Part shown: one piece after another, positions 1-9,097 of the stretch
How the letters are laid out: each line of letters starts with the position of its first letter
How positions within the stretch are numbered: the stretch's first letter is position 1
Origin: Rhizophagus irregularis
Lineage: Eukaryota
Assembly (NCBI RefSeq): GCF_026210795.1
Contig: NC_089431.1
Location: forward strand, 620,001 to 684,000
Direction: 5' to 3'
DNA length: 64,000 nucleotides
Program-made: the position numbers and the translations under genes
The notes under the pieces: generated by a model
Database searches by the model: none
What the model was told of the DNA's origin: nothing
The model's input: only the letters and a program-made list of their open reading frames with translations

Positions 1-654
1 GGCAAAAAGAAGTACTTTGGGATTGAGCATGAAGATGTAGTAAACTTTAAACCAAAAAACCTCTTCAAGAAAGGAATAGAAACTGTAAAGCAAGGTAAAT
101 CCCAGCTTCTCAAATTCATCGGAGAGAAGATTATGAGAGAGGCTATGGATATAAATAATACACGTCCAATTCACGAAATTGTTAAAGATACTCTTAGAGA
201 AGCCCGAAACAAGGAATGGGATTTCAATGAATTTATCATAATGGGTACATGGAAGCCTAAGAAAAATAATCTCTGCAACAATCGCTTTATGGGACGTATG
301 AGAGAGAGAAATGAGAGGATTCCTGATCCTGGTGAACACTTTAGCTATGTTGTTGTGAAGGGTCCTCGTCTTCGCAATGAGAAAGGCAGGTTAATACCGT
401 ATAGAGTTGGGGATTATATGGAGTATGCGGACATAGCAAAGGAGCAAAACATGGAAATAGATATCAATTATTATTTAGGCACTACGGTTGGAATGTGCGC
501 ACGCTTTATTAATGAGGATGATAGCTATCAACCGCCCTCATCACATAAAATAATGCAGATCAAGGATTCAGATGTGAGAGAAAAGAAGATCGACAAATAC
601 TCCTAGGACGAGGCTGAAAGACAGCTTAAAAAATATATAAAAACTTTACAATAA
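1..654 (+). pseudogene. Family B DNA polymerase, C-terminal palm/thumb (nucleic-acid-primed, Pol delta/large DNA virus type), 5'-truncated by window edge
   Basis: Frame 1 from base 1 reads GKKKYFG...LFKKGIETVK (KKxY and KG motifs), then IPDPGEHFSYVVVKG and IDINYYL, typical PolB thumb motifs. A TAG at 604-606 is followed in frame by DEAERQLKKYIKTLQ* (652-654), so it is probably a premature stop. Intronless. Confidence 0.85.
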
Positions 655-805
655 ACCTTTCTAGGTATTTCGATGATTCGTCCGAAGCAGATATAGACGA
701 GATCATTGAATTATATAGATAAGTACTCTTAGCGGGATGTGGCAATTTCAGCTAAGATACCTCATATAATATTTATATTTTTTCGTAGAATAATACCGGC
801 TAACT

Positions 806-1915
806 TCAATTTCTATCTCCGACAAGGCGCCTCCGATCATACAGTTCGGCCTCGGAAATGCCCGGAGATGATAAAAAATAGTTCTGGTAAGGAGAATATT
901 CAATATTACTTTTTTTCCGCGAATTCCACCATTTCCTGGCCATAAACCATATAATCGTAATAAGTACTAGGGTAAGTATAAAATATATTAACATAGGCGA
1001 CATCAAGGAGCTCGTGACGATAGGAGCAGTTGCTGGTAAAGACACCGCTTCTACACCACCTGCGGAAAATATTTGGGAGGGTGGAGGATTAAGAGCGGAA
1101 AGTTGTAATTCTTTTGGGACCTGTTCACTCTCATTTTCTTTTAAATTGTTTATAGGCGGGGGTGGACGATCTACTTCATTATTGTCCTTTAACGCTAACT
1201 GCTCCCTAAGGGACCTATTTGCCTCTATTAAATTTGACCGCGTTAAAAATAAAGAATCTATCATCTGATTGTATATGTTTTTTGAGGACTCTATTCCCTT
1301 TTCCATACATTCTATTTCGTATTTTTTCGAGGATAAATCACCCCTCACTTGCTCCAATTCAAGCCTAAGAGAATCGATCTCTTTAGGATCAGATGAGTTT
1401 ATTTGGGCCGGCTCATCTATTAGTCCTCCTACTACATTTGAATCGTGGAGCACCTGATCTAGCTCCAAGTCATCCAACTTACCTTCCAATTCACGTACTT
1501 TAGTTTCAAGAGAAAGAATCTGGACCTTATCAGCGGACGAAGCTTTCTGGGTCAAAGTTGCTTCTCTCTTTAGTGTTTTAATATTAGATTTGAGCGATTT
1601 GATTTCGGCAGTATATTTGGCTTCAAGCTCATGTTGACTCTCGAGATGAGACTTTCGTTCAGAAATAAGTTGGGATCTAACTTTAGTAGTGGATGCAATT
1701 AACTGGCTAGCTTTATTTTCAAACTCCTTTTCTCGCTCATTGTACTTATTTACCAGCTTTTCGCTGAGATCATTAATCTCAGAGTTAAATTCGGTAATGG
1801 ATCTTAATTTTTTTTCGAGCTCTTGCTCATATGCACTACCCAGCCAATGACCAGGTTTTTTATAAGAACCACCCTCTCTATCTTTTATATCATTCAATGT
1901 ATGCACATTGGACAT
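806..1915 (-). CDS. Coiled-coil protein with a single C-terminal transmembrane helix
   Basis: 369-aa intronless ORF with heptad-rich N-terminal two thirds. Hydrophobic LIYFILTLVLITIIWFMA is followed by basic RKWWNSRKK. Confidence 0.7.
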   Translation of the reverse strand: MSNVHTLNDIKDREGGSYKKPGHWLGSAYEQELEKKLRSITEFNSEINDLSEKLVNKYNEREKEFENKASQLIASTTKVRSQLISERKSHLESQHELEAKYTAEIKSLKSNIKTLKREATLTQKASSADKVQILSLETKVRELEGKLDDLELDQVLHDSNVVGGLIDEPAQINSSDPKEIDSLRLELEQVRGDLSSKKYEIECMEKGIESSKNIYNQMIDSLFLTRSNLIEANRSLREQLALKDNNEVDRPPPPINNLKENESEQVPKELQLSALNPPPSQIFSAGGVEAVSLPATAPIVTSSLMSPMLIYFILTLVLITIIWFMARKWWNSRKKSNIEYSPYQNYFLSSPGISEAELYDRRRLVGDRN

Positions 1916-1974
1916 AATATTAGCATGGTTATATATTAGAAAAAAAAAATGTACGAATTTATTTCCGAGATAAT

Positions 1975-2135
1975 AAACTTATCCTATACAATCAGAATAA
2001 TACAATTTTTCTAAATATCCTATTTATCCCGTATATCCCGTATATCCTATATGTCCGGAATATTATCTTCCTATATATCCTGTATATCCTATATATTCAG
2101 AATAATACATTCTTTCTATATATCCTATTTAATAA
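1975..2135. repeat. Degenerate short tandem array (TATATCCY units, duplicated TCAGAATAATACA) between divergent ORFs
   Basis: tatcccgtatatcccgtatatcctatat and cctatatatcctgtatatcctatata; tcagaataataca occurs at about 1993 and 2097. Confidence 0.7.
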
Positions 2136-2181
2136 ATTATTTCGGAGTATTATATTAGATATATAAAAAAATATTGCTACC

Positions 2182-2667
2182 ATGCTCAGACAACGCATGA
2201 GATGTGACGCCCCTCCTTTTTCACCAGCCGATTATGATCATATTATGCAATGTGCTGAAAAAAAGTCTAGAGATAAAGTTTTAAAGGATTTAACAAATAA
2301 ATATCGCACATCACAAAAACGTATTTATCAGATCTGGAGAGGTGAAGAAAAAAATAGGGTTGCGTGGAATCAACCAATTCATATGCCAACAGCTTCGCTT
2401 TCTAATATAAATGTTGTGGGCAGGCGGACCGAGCCAGAGATCCAAGACCAAGATGTTTCTCCATTTGCAGAACTGGAAAAACAAATACGTGATGGTAAGA
2501 TAGAGCCTAGCAAATCTATTGATTCAGTTTTAGAAGAAGGTGAAAAGGCAAAAAAGGCTGGAGGGAAGAAATCGAAGTCCAAATCCGCCTTAGCAGAAAT
2601 AACACCATTTCCCGTCCAGACTCAACCCATCCCCATATCGCATGAGAAGGTGGTAGAAAGAATATAG
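2182..2667 (+). CDS. Putative small DNA-binding protein (N-terminal HTH-like segment, low-complexity tail)
   Basis: KVLKDLTNKYRTSQKRIYQIWRG resembles a helix-turn-helix recognition pattern; basic KKAGGKKSKSK stretch. Confidence 0.5.
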   Translation: MLRQRMRCDAPPFSPADYDHIMQCAEKKSRDKVLKDLTNKYRTSQKRIYQIWRGEEKNRVAWNQPIHMPTASLSNINVVGRRTEPEIQDQDVSPFAELEKQIRDGKIEPSKSIDSVLEEGEKAKKAGGKKSKSKSALAEITPFPVQTQPIPISHEKVVERI

Positions 2668-2701
2668 CGAATATTAAGAATATAGTAGAAAAATAACCTG
2701 C

Positions 2702-2815
2702 TTATTCTTTAAGAAGTTCACAATAGAGTGTCTGTAATCTTTCACAATACTCATTGATTTCTGCATTATACTTAAAAATGCTATATAACATTTTTTCAAG
2801 CTCTTCGTAACTCAC
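2702..2815 (-). CDS. 37-aa helical peptide in the -1 frame downstream of the protease ORF (candidate second frameshift product)
   Basis: VSYEELEKMLYSIFKYNAEINEYCERLQTLYCELLKE*. It begins at A9-G-TGA-GTTACG, the same motif that joins gag to protease. Confidence 0.45.
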   Translation of the reverse strand: MSYEELEKMLYSIFKYNAEINEYCERLQTLYCELLKE

Positions 2816-2932
2816 TTTTTTTTTAATGTGCTATCTTCGCTTAAATCCTGCGAAATATGATCCAGAGTCGAGGAAGCATCAGATTCAGGAGTAACGTTCG
2901 CGCAATTCACCTCAAGCTTATTCTTGACCTTA
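2812..2932 (-). pseudogene. C-terminal remainder of the aspartic protease ORF, separated from its 5' part by the Helitron
   Basis: Joining 8379 to 2932 restores ...PINMH-KVKNKLEVNCANVTPESDASSTLDHISQDLSEDSTLKKK* in frame. Confidence 0.8.
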
Positions 2933-3347
2933 TTGTCCGGAGCGAAGCGAAGGACTATATATGTTTATGAACCTTAATGACATATTGGATCACGTGGCGA
3001 TGTCCGTTTGTCCGCACGCGTCACGTCGGCTGATTCTTTGTGCTACATAGATAAACAAACCTGATAAACAAGATAAGCTAGTGTTAGTACTGTGTTAATA
3101 TACTGCGCGCAAAAATTAGTGTTACAAGAATAGTGTTACAAGATATACTGCAAAAAAAAAATGTGAAAAAAAAAATTTAAAATGTTTTGTAGAATTAGAA
3201 ACTTTAGTTAGATTCGTAGAAATAAAATAATGTATTTTATTTACAACACAAACACGCGTTAAATATAATATTAGACATAATAAAATGTTTTTATCAAAAA
3301 TACCTTCAGTTTTTTTTGTTTTTTTATTGTTAGATCTATTATTAAAT

Positions 3348-6300
3348 TCAGTTTCCTGGCATCATGGAAACTAAACGTTTCTCTTCGGCTAATCTTTCTT
3401 TTAATTTTGTGCATTCTTTAATACGCTGAAGTCTCTCGAAATTGAACGGTTTGAAGAGAAGATCTTCAAGGGCGCGTACCCGAGACACTGCCACAAAAGC
3501 AAGACCTGCGATAAACTCTTTATCACCAAGGTCTATTGTAGCCTTTTGTAATGTAAGACCCTGACTTTTATGCACCGTAATTGCCCACGCAAGACGAACT
3601 GGAATTTGTAAGCGCGAACAAGGAGCTCCAGATTTACCATTCCAGGTACGTCTAATTGGTACAATTGGTACAACTCTTTTACCCTCTAAGCTAGTAATGG
3701 TGGGACCTTTATAATTATCGAAAGAGATCAAGACCGCAATAGGGAGTGAAGGGGGACCCTGATCTTCTTTGAATATTATGTCTTGGACAGTTCCCATTGA
3801 ACCATTGACTAGCCCGGCGTCTGTCTGTAAGTTTGCCGTTAACATGACTCTTGCAACTCTCGCCAGCAATATATATGCTCCGAGACCATGCGCTGTATCC
3901 GAGTCGGCTTTTTTAGCTTCTTTTCCACCTGTATGTATAGCTTGGATTTTGGCAACAGGAGCATCCAAAGATCGAAGTCGATCTATATTTACCGCGTTGA
4001 CTTTGGACCACTTTGTTAGAATGAACAAAGCGTCAGAGAATCTACTACGTTCTATTATACTGAGCTTGTCTTCAATTCGTGTGGTAAGAATTTTCCAATC
4101 ATCTATAGTAGATTCTCCATTACGCAGTCTTAAGAGAATATTTCTAAAGTTTTGTTGCTCTTTAGAATTTCCGGATTGGCGCTGTGCAATTTCAAGCTTA
4201 TACACTTCTTTGAACTGCTTGTATGCCGCAATACCACTATTAGATAATGAACCTCGTTTTGTATCAGCATACATAGGAAGATCAAGGACAGGTGGAAGTT
4301 GGCCGAAGTCACCGAACAAAATAATCGACCTGCCACCAAATGGTTCGTTATTATGTTCAGGAAAAGCTTGTCAGAGCCGCTTATCAATTATAGCAAGCAT
4401 CCGACGACCAACCATACTCTTCTCGTCAATTATTACGTAACTTACATCTTTTAATTTATCTTGTAGTTGCTTCAGCCGTTCCCCGCTTATATCAAGACAG
4501 TTTGCGTCATTAACTATCGGAATTGATAGCCCTGAATGAATCGTTATACCTTCAATGTTGAAGGCCGCAACTCCTGTCAGAGCGAGCACTGCTATAGGTG
4601 ACTTAGGTCCTCCTGCCATTTCTCGAAGCCTGCATCGGACTGCTTCTATTAGATAGGTCTTACCGGTCCCAGCAGTTCCCATCACAATGATCCTTAAAGG
4701 TTCATCTTGACGTCCCTCAAGCGTATTGTGATAATGTGATTCTATTCGCTCGAAAACAATTTTTTGATTAACATTTAACGTTTGATAATCCATTAATACG
4801 TTTTCTTCTTCGCCAATCTTAGGATTTCTACTTAAAAATGTATCAATATCTACGAGGTCCGTATATCGTTCCCTCGGATCGTTAATCCAGTCATGGTTCT
4901 GATCCATGTCTCGCGAACCTAGATCGGAAGAGCAATCGAAATTTGGTTTTGGGCCCATCTCAGCAAGAAACATCCAGTCAGGTCGATGTTCGTCTTGTTC
5001 ATCATCATCTTCTTCAAATAGTTCTTCCTCATCGTTTATTTCGCTTTCTTCATCGTCTATAGGTGACCCAAGTAAATCAATTGGATCAGCATTGATCTCT
5101 TCGATATAATCGTTGTACAAAGATGACCATACAATAGTTCCGTCTTCGGTTAAATCTTGATCTCGGTGTCGAACGTGAAGAAGAACCTTCACTCGGTAAA
5201 ACTCCTCCCATTGAGGACCCTCGCGTAAGGATGATGGACGTGGAAAGACACGCATAACATTTTCCTGTTGACACTCTTTCCATCGACCTTTAACCAACTT
5301 GTGTGTCAAGTGAAGCCGGAATAGTGTGAAATCTTCAAGTTCGGTAGGTCGATCCCAATATATTTTCAAAGGTGATTTCTCCGTTCGCCCCGAATCATTA
5401 TTAACAGAATAAGATTCTTCACTTTCCCCAGTACCACAAATCCATCTTGGTGCTTCTTTGTTAAGATTCAAGAAGACAAATTGCCGACTTGAATGGTAAA
5501 GAGGAAGGCCGAGAAGAATATGGCAGGTTTCTTGGGCAGAGATGTCCCGTTTCGCAACACTATGTAATAAAAGCTTTTGGGCCGGAGCAAGTAACGTATC
5601 TTCTGGCTGACTTTCACTAAGGATTCGATTTAATACGTCCGAAAAGGCTGACGATCGCGGTTCTGCTTTGCTTGCATATTTTGCAACGTATTGCAGCGCA
5701 GCGTGTATACTTAGGATTGGCTTTAAATCCACATTTGCCCGCCAACCCTGTAATTGAAGTCGACTATGTGAATTTATGTATTGATCGTTCCTTCTCGTTA
5801 CAAGCTCCGGTTGTCCATTGTTATCATCTCGCACGAATGTTCTTTCAACAATTTCTTTAGGATATCTAAACCGGCAAATTTGTTGTCCTTCTCGGTTGAT
5901 ACGAAGACAGTACGCAGGACTACATCGGGTATGTCGTTGCAATTTATTAATCAAGTCGATGTAGTCTTGCTGGTCATCATTTAATTCATTGCTTTTTTTT
6001 TGGCACGGATGCCGTTCAGGAACAGGCATATCGAGTCCTGGATTTATTGTGATAACGAGACTGTCAAGATATTGTATAATTTCATTCATTTTGTTCTCAT
6101 CTTCCTTCATATGCTTCCATTCTATTGTAGGTGCATTTTTTCTTTTTCCGATTCCATGCACGTGAACACTGCCGCGATGTTGCCATTCGAACCTAAACCA
6201 CCAATCTTCCAAATCCCATTGTTTCTTTAAGACGTCGTTAAAGAAAATTTCAAATCGCTTATGAAAAAACCAGTCCGCGATATGAGGATTATCCACGATA

Positions 6301-8072
6301 TTTTGGTTATGGCGTTTGGCTGAAGTTTCACGATTACCGTTAGATGGCATAAGCTGATGGAGCTCAGGCCAATGCAAATCGGCGGCACTAAACGTAAAAA
6401 AGATTAAGCCATCCGGTCCTATCTGCTTAATCATATCGTTTAATTCATTGCATCGAGCATACCAAAATTGACGAGATCCACGTAAACCTTCTCCAAATCG
6501 CATGATTCTATTGGCCATATAGTTATCGCCTTGGGTAATTCTTTCCTGAATATCTGTAACGGTAATTTGCGCATCGGTAAGATTTTGCTTAACGTACACC
6601 TTTCCTTCTTGTAGTGCCCGCCAACGCATCTGGGAATTCAATGCGAAATACCGCCAACGAGCATGACGTGCAAATCTTCCGTCCTTGTATTGAAGAAGGT
6701 GCCTGAAATACTCGGCAGGCTTTATATCTCTAATACGTTCTGCGCGAAGGTCTGCACTTCCAGTCGGGTATAAGGTTGGGAATGCGCATGCTATATACCC
6801 TGGCGTCTGGAATTCGTTAACAGGACTTCCATTTATTTGTGGCCACATTATGGGATGATTTTCATTTTGTATTCGATCGAGTGTGTTTCTAATAGCAGTA
6901 TCTTCACGATTGGCTGAGGGTGGAAGTGGAACGAAGGTACGTGTAATAACGTCATCCTCACTTTCGTCGTAATCAATATCTTCATTAATATCTTGAAGTT
7001 GGTCATCAATTGTGCCATCAATTGGCAGAGACTGGAGAATTTCATGGTCGATGATTACGTCAGCGTAGTAACGATTATTGTGTTTTAACCAGATTAACGC
7101 TTGAGTGACCTTATCACGACGAACTTTGAAATCCCTAAACGCTTCCGCATTGCTCGCAGATTGACGACGTATGACAAGCACATCTAATAACGATGGATGC
7201 CTAGGAAGCTTTGAAGCAAATTCTTGGACATATTGAGGAAAGTTGATTACGTTTCCTCGATATCCATGCTGACCTCCACGAAGTCTATAAACCGACATCA
7301 CAGGAAATACTCGCGCAACCAACATTTCCTCAATTTCTGTGAGATCACGAAGTTCATCAGGTACTTCGCCTGGGTCCATATTGTTATCTTTCGAAAATTT
7401 TTTTGGCTGCTTCTCTTTATGGCAACGTCGGCATTCCCCCCTTATAATTACAATTGATGGAAAACTTTCATTGCACGTCGTGCAGAGCGAATGTTTAAAT
7501 TTATTAACTTTGTTACGAAATTTCTTTAGAAGATCTCGCTCGAATTCACCAAGTACACCAGCATCGATATGTGTGTCTGCGCCATCTTCTGCGCCGTCAT
7601 CTTCTGCGCCGTCACCTGCGCCGTCACCTTCTGCGCCGTCACCTTCTGCGCCGTCCGCGCCACTATCTTGATACTTTTGCTGCAGATTTTTTTGTTGCGA
7701 ATTCAAGTCTTGGGCCGTTGTATTTTGAATATTTTTCAGGTATTTTCTTCGTTCACGGTAGTAACTAAGACGTTTTTCACGTTGTTCGTCCGTTTCTGTT
7801 GCTAACTTTACGCGTTTTCGTTCTTTGTCACGTGCATCACGCGCCTCTCGCTCTTCAGCATTTGCATTTTCCCTTGCTCTTTTTTGCCACGTAATTTCAC
7901 GTTGCTTTGCAAGGCGTGTTTCACGTTGACTAGATGTTTCATTCTCTCTAGCTTTACGCTTTCGAAGTGTGTCTCGGCTTATGAATTTATTATCCATTAT
8001 GCATGCTATAGAGAAACTCCATAGTGGCTTGTATTTTACTTTTGTTAATCGAACATCGCATATGATCATCAC
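3348..8072 (-). pseudogene. Helitron Rep/PIF1-family helicase with one in-frame nonsense codon
   Basis: HUH Rep motifs FFTFSAAD, FEWQHRGSVHVHG and YVAKY. PIF1 motifs GTAGTGKT, IIDEKSM, FGDFGQLPPV and AITVHKSQGLTL. ORFs 4371-8072 and 3348-4319 share a frame, separated by TGA at 4371-4373 (likely CGA, KRL[R]QAF). Confidence 0.95.
7575..7662. repeat. 15-bp coding minisatellite in the Rep/Hel N-terminus (GAEGD-type repeats)
   Basis: Repeated cttctgcgccgtcac units encoding GADGAEGDGAEGDGAGDGAEDDGAEDGAD. Confidence 0.9.
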
Positions 8073-8378
8073 GCCAGATTACCGTATTTAGAATAAATAT
8101 TAGTGAATAAAAAACGGTTAATTATGCATTTATTCTTACGAATTTATATTTACCAATTTTCAATTGTTGTTAATAATTAATTACATGATAATAGTATGAT
8201 ATACTTATTTAAATTTTATTTTACAAATAATACTCAAATTTTATTAACGTATACATTCAATTATTACATTTGATATTTATGATTACTACATTTCTTATCT
8301 AACCTTAAATTCGAAATGTTGCAAAAGTAATTAACAAAATTTTCTCGCTCCGGACCCCCAACGGTTTCTGTTTCCTAG

Positions 8379-9097
8379 TGCATATTAATTGGGATAAAAA
8401 ATTCCTTACTATTACACTCTAGTTTCAATTCCCGCTTTGATACAAGTAAATCATAATTATATTTATCAAGAAGCGTGTTGGGTAAGATTAGCATCGGCTT
8501 AGGGTATTTAACTACAGCAAAATCAGCATATATAGTACATCCGGGAGCGAAATTTACTGGGACATTTCTGACAATTCCAAGGGATTCTGTGGGAGAAGTA
8601 GCAATGCCTCTGAGATCATGTTTTTCTTTCGTGTCAATCTCTAGCTTCAATCGTTTGGCTATGTCCTCAGACATGATCGGAAAATTAGCACCAGGATCAA
8701 CTGTACCTGCCGGAATCACTAGACGCTTAATTTTACATTTAACGGTGGCAACGTCTGTGGCAGGTTCTTTTTTCCAGATAAAATTTATCTCCATGGGTCC
8801 ATCCAAAATATCTTCTTCATCTGAATCTTGAGCTAAGACAGGTACACAGTTTTTAGCTTGCTGAATTATGTATGGAAGATAATTCTCAAATTCAATTTGA
8901 ATGATTTTGCGGATAATTTCTTCTAAAGACACACGCTTACCATGACTATCTTTATCTGATAAGGCATTATGGGCGGAAGACGAATTATTGTCTTGCTTTA
9001 CCTTACGAAGCTCAGATTTATTAGAGATCTTAGACTTTGAGAATTTATCGGGATACCCACGTTGCTCAGCGGGTCCTAAAGGGACCGCGTAATTCAC
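8379..9097 (-). pseudogene. Retropepsin-like aspartic protease, interrupted by the Helitron
   Basis: GTVDPGANFPIMSEDIAKRLKL (D-x-G-A catalytic motif and following helix), LRGIAT flap, and MLILPNTLL equivalent to the ILG motif. No ATG start (track start is GTG); lies in the -1 frame of the upstream gag. Confidence 0.85.

Larger units (their letters stand above)
2933..8378. mobile_element. Helitron-like rolling-circle transposon (Helitron2/Helentron-like ends), about 5.45 kb
   Basis: Removing it restores the interrupted ORF (most simply at an A|T site, no TSD). Ends TTGTCCGGAGCGA...CTAG. 11-bp inverted repeats at 2935-2945 and 8345-8355. Encodes Rep/Hel. Confidence 0.9.

Noticed and set aside
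3769..7805. Plus-strand ORFs overlapping the Rep/helicase (e.g. 3769-4440, 7339-7671, 7569-7805)
   Set aside because: Antisense shadows of a well-supported gene and its minisatellite; no independent motifs.
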